A stretch of DNA of 63,696 nucleotides, the filler included, from Reclinomonas americana ATCC 50394 (lineage: Eukaryota), in assembly GCA_048213135.1 (NCBI GenBank). It is 4 parts of one record of this genome, joined end to end, with 100 filler letters (N's around TTAATTAATTAA, not from the genome) between each part and the next. Parts side by side here need not be neighbours in the genome. Positions count along the whole stretch, not along the records: positions 52,108 to 63,696 come from PS015013.1; 3 more parts are not named here. One strand, written 5' to 3'. Positions 57,739 through 63,696 of this stretch are shown in pieces; positions within the stretch are counted from its first letter, which is position 1, and every line of letters begins with the position of its first letter. The notes below the pieces were generated by a model. The model saw only the letters and a program-made list of their open reading frames with translations, did no database searches and was not told the DNA's origin. Made by a program: the position numbers and the translations under genes.

Positions 57739-60700
57739 ATGGGCGATGCTGTGCTGCTGAATGGGCCACACGGCGACCTCTTTCGGTACTCTCACACACG
57801 GAGAAGACACTCTCTCTTGCACACGCTCACCTCCTTTCAGGTCCACACATGAACTGGAAAAGCAACTGGCCACACTGTGTCGCACGCATCGCGGCTCCTA
57901 TGTCTCCCGCGAGGCCACTGCCATTCGCGAGAGGTGTGTGCCTGTGTGTGTCTCTTTTTGACTCTCTTGCCAGCGCTGATTTGTGTCGCAGCATTCGCGG
58001 GAATTACGAAATGATCATCTGTGAGGACCACGAGTTGGCCTACCAACGCGACTTGGTCGTCAACGTGTGGCGTTTGGTGTATTACAAGCCCATTGAGGAG
58101 TTCCGCCGTCGCTTCAAAGAGGTATCATTTTGCCCGCCTTTTTTCCTCTCTCCTTTTCCTCTTCTTCTCTCTGACACTATCGACAAGGTGACAACGGCGG
58201 ATCAGAAGGGACAGCTCACACTGGAGTTTATGGCGTTTCTCGACGAGGCCAAGGCCTTCTTCATGCTCCTGGTGCAAAAGTTGGAGCTGCAGGCCAAGAG
58301 TTGCGCTGTTCGTTGAGCATTTCAACCGCGTGCGTGTGTGTTCTCATTGTGTGTGTTTTTTGCCGCCAGCGCTGAGCAATCGGGAAAAGCCGCACGTGTA
58401 CTTTGTCATACACAAGTGCTTGGTGTTCCTCGGAGACTTGGAGCGGTACAAGCAGAATTACTCGGCCGAGGTGGAGAAGGACTGGCGTGAGGCCACGCAC
58501 TGTTACCTGCGTGCGCATGCCATGGCTCCGTGCAGTGGTGCGTTTGCAACTGGGTTGGAGCGTGCGTGGCCGGCGACAGTGCTGACGTGTGTGCGTGTGT
58601 GGCGGTGCAGGGAGTCCGCAGAACCAGCTCGCCGTGTTGGCGACCTACCGCAACGACGACTTGGAGGCTATTTATCGCTACTTTCGCGCTCTGATGGTGG
58701 AGAAGCCGTTTCTCAACGCACGAGAGAACCTGCTGACGCTGTTTGAGAAGAACCGCTTGCGCCTGCTCGAGTTGGAAGCGTTGTTGACCCCGAAACGCAA
58801 GGTGGCGTGGTGGCAGTGAAGCACATTTGTTCTTTCTCATTCTCATTCGCTCGCTGTCGCAGGATCGACGCTCCAAGCAGCAGCCGCGTCGAGGCGCCGG
58901 TGCGCCGTCGCTATCGGCTTCGGGTGGATCATCGTCGTCGGCATCATCGTCGCTGCGCGATTCACTGTCCGGATCGTCGTCGGCCACTCCTGGCGGGCCG
59001 TCGTCGACTCCTGGAGGCGACACCCACGCCGGCTCCTCGTCCGCATCGCTCTCGTCGCCGTCGGCCGAGGACTTCCGCTTGTTCATCACACGCTTCATTC
59101 GTTGCCACGGCGTCCTGTTCACCAAGACGAGCGCCGAGACGTTCCACGACGTGGAGCAGCAGGCCATGCGTGCACTGACGGCGTTCATGAAGGCCAACTC
59201 GTTGGAGGGCGACCTGTTCACCATGCTGGTGCTGATGAATGCATTCTCGGTGCACAATCTCGACTATGCTCCCGGTGAGTCGCGGAGTGGAGGAGCGGCT
59301 GTGAACGAACGCACTCATTGTGTTTTTCTGCGCAGAGCACTACACAATGACGGATGTGGATCGGCGCAAGAAGAATGACCTGACCGAGTACGCGTTGGTC
59401 CTGTTCTACGATACGCTGCGCAAGGTGAGTGCGCAGAGCATCCCGTCATCGGTTCGAACGCTGCGCTCACGTGGCAGTGGCGATGCAGGCGTTTGAGAAC
59501 ATCTTCTTTGCCAATGCCACCACATTCCTGGTCGGTGCGATGTTGGGAACTGCCTGGTTGGCGCAACACTTGACCTCGGCTCTGGCCGATTTGCCGCCTC
59601 GGGAGAAGGAGGTTCGTGACACTCGTGGGGTGTTTTTTCCGTTTGTGTGCATGACAAGGGTGTGTTTGTGCGTGATGCAGGCGCGTGCGCGTAAATCGCT
59701 GTGGATGTGCATCGCCAAGGCGCTCTCTGTGTTGCACTCGCGACACCCACACCTGACAGTCTTGGCGGAGGGTGCGCTCTGCTTGTTGCTTCGTCGCAAA
59801 CCGACACACTCACACATGCTTACCATCGCCTCTCACCGCAGAATCCGGCCTCTTTGTTGCCGGTCCTGAGGACTACGATCTGCAAGGCTGCACTCCGTTT
59901 CGCGCCCTCGTCGGCGACGCCGGTGTGTGTGTGTCTCCCCACTGTCTACCTACCTGTCGTTTTGCTGAAACGCATGTGTGTCAAAACGCAGATGTTGCCG
60001 GAGCCAAGGACGGTGAAGACGATGAACGCCTGCAGCAGCGGCGGCGGCGAGTGGTGGCGGTTTCGGATGCCAATGAAGACGAGGAGGACGAATTGGAGAT
60101 GGCGCGCCTGGCGCGACTGTGGAAGTACGCCACAGAGGTGGCCGAGGAGCACCCGGTGAGTGTCTCTCTCTCACACACAATGGCTTCACCTATCCACTCA
60201 CACGCATGCACACGCAGGACTTTGCCGAGGAGGCTGCGGCTCGTGGCGTTCCTCTCGGCCGTGGTCACATTGGCACCGTGTCGGCCGCCATGCCACCCCC
60301 CCAACCGGTCGTGCGCATGGCCAATGGACATGCTGGTCCCTCTGTGGCGGCTGCTCGGCCAGCACCGTCGCCAATGGTGCACGACGCCGACGACAGTGAG
60401 GCCATGATGGTTGATGTCGCGGCTCACCGCCCTGCCGACGCCGGTACGTCACCCACCACTGTGCGCCTGTCAAGTATATTTTCATTCATCTTTGTGGTGT
60501 GCAGACATGAGCTCTCTTCCTGCTGCTGCTGCTGCTGCTGCCGCCGCTGGGGGCGCATCCAGCTTCATGCACGCCGATGATGATGACGATTATCTCCACA
60601 GTCACCAGGCCAGTGCTGCTGCTGGCGCGCCGTCGTCCAGTCTGCGCGCACGCCGTCCGATTGACAGCGACGACGAAGACGAAATGATTGTCTTCGATCC

Positions 60701-61665
60701 GCAAAAGTTCACGGCTCCGCCACGCGCAGTCGCGCCTGCGAGTTCTATTGGAGGTGCGATGTGCTTGGTGTTGCTGTTATCACAGCGTGGGGCTGCGACT
60801 GAACTCTCTTGGCAAACTTCGCAGGCCACCAGCAGGCATTGTTTTCAGCCGAGGACCGCGTGGTGTCGGAGCGCGAGCGCACTTCAGTTGCCGGTGACTT
60901 GTATCGCGGACAAGTCGTTGGCACATCTGCGCTGCCGTCTGTCGCGGTGCCGACCTCCATCCCCTCCATGCCTGCTGCCACCTGGTCATCGTACCAACAG
61001 TTCAATCCGATGGGTGGCATCGGCGGTGCTGGTGGTGGTGGTGGTGGTGGTGCCGGCGGTAGTGGTGTTGGCAGTGGGATGGGTGCCGGTGGCGTGGGTT
61101 CTGGATTCCTCGGAGGCCCCATGTCTGGCTTTGCAAGCGCCATGGGTGGCGCGGGCGGCATGTCTGGCGCCGGTGCCTTTGGTATGGGCGCACCGTCGGC
61201 CGGTGACATGTTCCGTGGTGGATCATCGTCCTTTTTCGGTGGAGCGCAACCGTCGCCTGCCGTTGCGTACGGCAACATGGCGCCGACACACGCTTCCAAC
61301 ACGGATGGGTGCGTTTTTCTGCACAAGCAGAGATCACCGAGATGGTTCTCACAAGTGCACTGCTGTAATGCGCGCAGCGTTGGACCCACTCCCATGTCGT
61401 GGATGTACGACACTGCTCTGCTGCCACCGCGCCCGCCGTCTGCACCGTTGGCTCCAGTTCCCAACTTTTCTGCGTACCCGATGCCGCCGGTGAGAGACGC
61501 AGTGTGCGCTTATGTCAGTGTCGTCCGCCTCCCTCATGCCTGCCGTGTCAGCAGCCGATGGGTGGCATGCCGTTTGGTGCGGCCCCAATGCCCTCTGCGC
61601 CGGGACCGCTGGGCAGTCCGTTTGTGTTCCCGAATCCAACGGGGACTGGCGGTGGTGGTGTCTGA
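57739..61665 (+). CDS. SMG7: SMG7/EST1-family NMD factor (14-3-3-like TPR plus helical domain, low-complexity tail, no PIN domain seen)
   Basis: VWRLVYYKPIEEFR, KCLVFLGDLERYKQ, ATHCYLRAHAMAPCSGSPQNQLAVLA, AIYRYFRAL..KPFLNARENLLTLFEK, FIRCHGVLF and PEDYDLQGCTPF; G/M/P-rich tail to TGA 61665. Confidence 0.8.
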
Positions 61666-63195
61666 GTGCGAAAATTCGCGCGTGAGTGTCTGTGTTCGGA
61701 TGAGTGAGAGAGACGTGCGACCTCAGTGTCGCCTGTGGAGTCTTGCCAATGCGTGCAAGTGATCGCGGCGCCCCGTTCTGTGGCAGCGTGTGCAGATCCT
61801 CCTTTCGTCTTCTCCTTCCACCTCTGCATCCGACCCCCATCTGCGTCAATGACGTGGACGGTGGACGTGCGATGCTTGAGCAACAGAAAACAAGGAAAAA
61901 CTCCCCACTGGTGTGAGATTCGCCAGCTGGGTCACCCGCGGTTGTAAGATATCGTGTGTGGTGCATCATACTATCTATGTGTTGTATCCCTTCTTTCTCT
62001 CTTTTTTTCTCTCTCGTTGTCTTTATCTTCTTCATTCTATATGCCCTTCTATCGTGCTGCCACTGCTCGCTTCCCTGTGAGCGAAGCGCGAGACGTAGTG
62101 TACGCCACTGNNNNNNNNNNNNNNNNNNNNNNNNNNNNNNNNNNNNNNNNNNNNNNNNNNNNNNNNNNNNNNNNNNNNNNNNNNNNNNNNNNNNNNNNNN
62201 NNNNNNNNNNNNNNNNNNNNNNNNNNNNNNNNNNNNNNNNNNNNNNNNNNNNNNNNNNNNNNNNNNNNNNNNNNNNNNNNNNNNNNNNNNNNNNNNNNNN
62301 NNNNNNNNNNNNNNNNNNNNNNNNNNNNNNNNNNNNNNNNNNNNNNNNNNNNNNNNNNNNNNNNNNNNNNNNNNNNNNNNNNNNNNNNNNNNNNNNNNNN
62401 NNNNNNNNNNNNNNNNNNNNNNNNNNNNNNNNNNNNNNNNNNNNNNNNNNNNNNNNNNNNNNNNNNNNNNNNNNNNNNNNNNNNNNNNNNNNNNNNNNNN
62501 NNNNNNNNNNNNNNNNNNNNNNNNNNNNNNNNNNNNNNNNNNNNNNNNNNNNNNNNNNNNNNNNNNNNNNNNNNNNNNNNNNNNNNNNNNNNNNNNNNNN
62601 NNNNNNNNNNNNNNNNNNNNNNNNNNNNNNNNNNNNNNNNNNNNNNNNNNNNNNNNNNNNNNNNNNNNNNNNNNNNNNNNNNNNNNNNNNNNNNNNNNNN
62701 NNNNNNNNNNNNNNNNNNNNNNNNNNNNNNNNNNNNNNNNNNNNNNNNNNNNNNNNNNNNNNNNNNNNNNNNNNNNNNNNNNNNNNNNNNNNNNNNNNNN
62801 NNNNNNNNNNNNNNNNNNNNNNNNNNNNNNNNNNNNNNNNNNNNNNNNNNNNNNNNNNNNNNNNNNNNNNNNNNNNNNNNNNNNNNNNNNNNNNNNNNNN
62901 NNNNNNNNNNNNNNNNNNNNNNNNNNNNNNNNNNNNNNNNNNNNNNNNNNNNNNNNNNNNNNNNNNNNNNNNNNNNNNNNNNNNNNNNNNNNNNNNNNNN
63001 NNNNNNNNNNNNNNNNNNNNNNNNNNNNNNNNNNNNNNNNNNNNNNNNNNNNNNNNNNNNNNNNNNNNNNNNNNNNNNNNNNNNNNNNNNNNNNNNNNNN
63101 NNNNNNNNTCGCCAGCCATGTGTGTTTCACGGTGATTTCATTGCCACGGCCATGTATTCAGTTTTTCGCTCAACAACCACACCGCCTGCCTGTCC

Positions 63196-63696
63196 TCAGT
63201 CAGCAGCCGACGCAGACGCTGCGGCAGCCGCCGCGCCCGGATGCGAGTACAAGGTCACCACAGGCTCCTGGCCTGGCGGCAACATCTTTTGCACAATCGT
63301 CACCTTCTCGCCGAGTGCCAGAGCCATGCCCTGCGTCTTGCAGCGGATGCGGATGAAGCCGGAGATACCGCGACCGAATTCACCGCACTTTTCGATGCTG
63401 ACATTGGCCAGCGAGTCCTCGCCAAAGAAGCTGCGCGCATACAGATTGGCCGACATGAAGCTGCAATCGTCGTCAAAGTCGTCCAGATCCGTCAGACACC
63501 GCATGTTGGTGGACTGGCACAGGTGCTTGATGAACTCCTTCATGTCGCTGCAGCCACACGAGGGAGATTTAGAACAGGGGATTGTGCAGACTAGGACAGA
63601 GGCACGACGCAACGTGAAGAATGTGTGCACGGTGATCTTGTTCTCCCACTCGAACTCGGCCCACATGTTGCGGAACTCGGCGTCGCTGCACAGTCG
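63196..63696 (-). CDS. COPB1: Coatomer subunit beta, C-terminal exons (partial)
   Basis: [53 protein letters not shown] and [20 protein letters not shown]. Confidence 0.95.
   Translation of the reverse strand, partial: RLCSDAEFRNMWAEFEWENKITVHTFFTLRRASVLVCTIPCSKSPSCGCSDMKEFIKHLCQSTNMRCLTDLDDFDDDCSFMSANLYARSFFGEDSLANVSIEKCGEFGRGISGFIRIRCKTQGMALALGEKVTIVQKMLPPGQEPVVTLYSHPGAAAAAASASAAD

Noticed and set aside
58122-58187. GTATCATTT donor in SMG7 as a second U12 intron
   Set aside because: Mismatch to GTATCCTT and no CCTTRAC branch sequence; treated as U2-type
8220-63108. Long X-containing ORFs spanning N runs
   Set aside because: Artefacts of translating gaps
3653-63613. Reading the GTTGCG donors as non-canonical G|TT...AGN introns, or invoking an altered genetic code
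   Set aside because: Conserved residues (prohibitin IPW, RNF10 AN, LSm8 DNI) require cleavage at GT/AG; in-frame stops seen are explained by introns, and TAA, TAG and TGA all end genes
1-63696. CRISPR arrays, transposase/RT/integrase ORFs, tRNA or rRNA genes
   Set aside because: None recognised by eye; the repeats present are microsatellites, coding repeats or the intronic arrays described

Overview
Gene-dense draft-assembly scaffold from a GC-rich, intron-rich eukaryote, most likely a flagellated protist (CEP76 and a p25alpha-like protein are present). Most introns are about 55-80 nt, so the supplied ORF track is largely uninformative and I rebuilt gene models by hand from GT-AG junctions. 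About 22 protein genes are visible. Recognisable families: importin-alpha-like, ADP-ribosylglycohydrolase-like, PIG-X, DyP peroxidase, RNF10, CEP76, LSm8, SPTLC1/LCB1, mitochondrial bL17, LONRF, prohibitin-2, SMG7/EST1-like and beta-COP. Also present are two NHL-repeat proteins, a large GGA/FxxN beta-helix surface protein, a Caprin-like protein and a His-rich microprotein. Several contigs between N gaps are mis-oriented, splitting three genes across strands, and three TTAATTAATTAA linkers are artificial. The most striking signal is in splicing: at least 33 introns use a register-shifted 5' splice site (mostly A|GTTGCG, also GTTGAG and GTTACG) alongside ordinary G|GTGCGT/GTGAGT donors. There is also one clear U12-type AT-AC intron. 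Other notable items are a fold-back repeat filling a 1.1 kb intron and a candidate intronic H/ACA snoRNA. All coordinates, counts and family calls come from manual reading; no searches were run.
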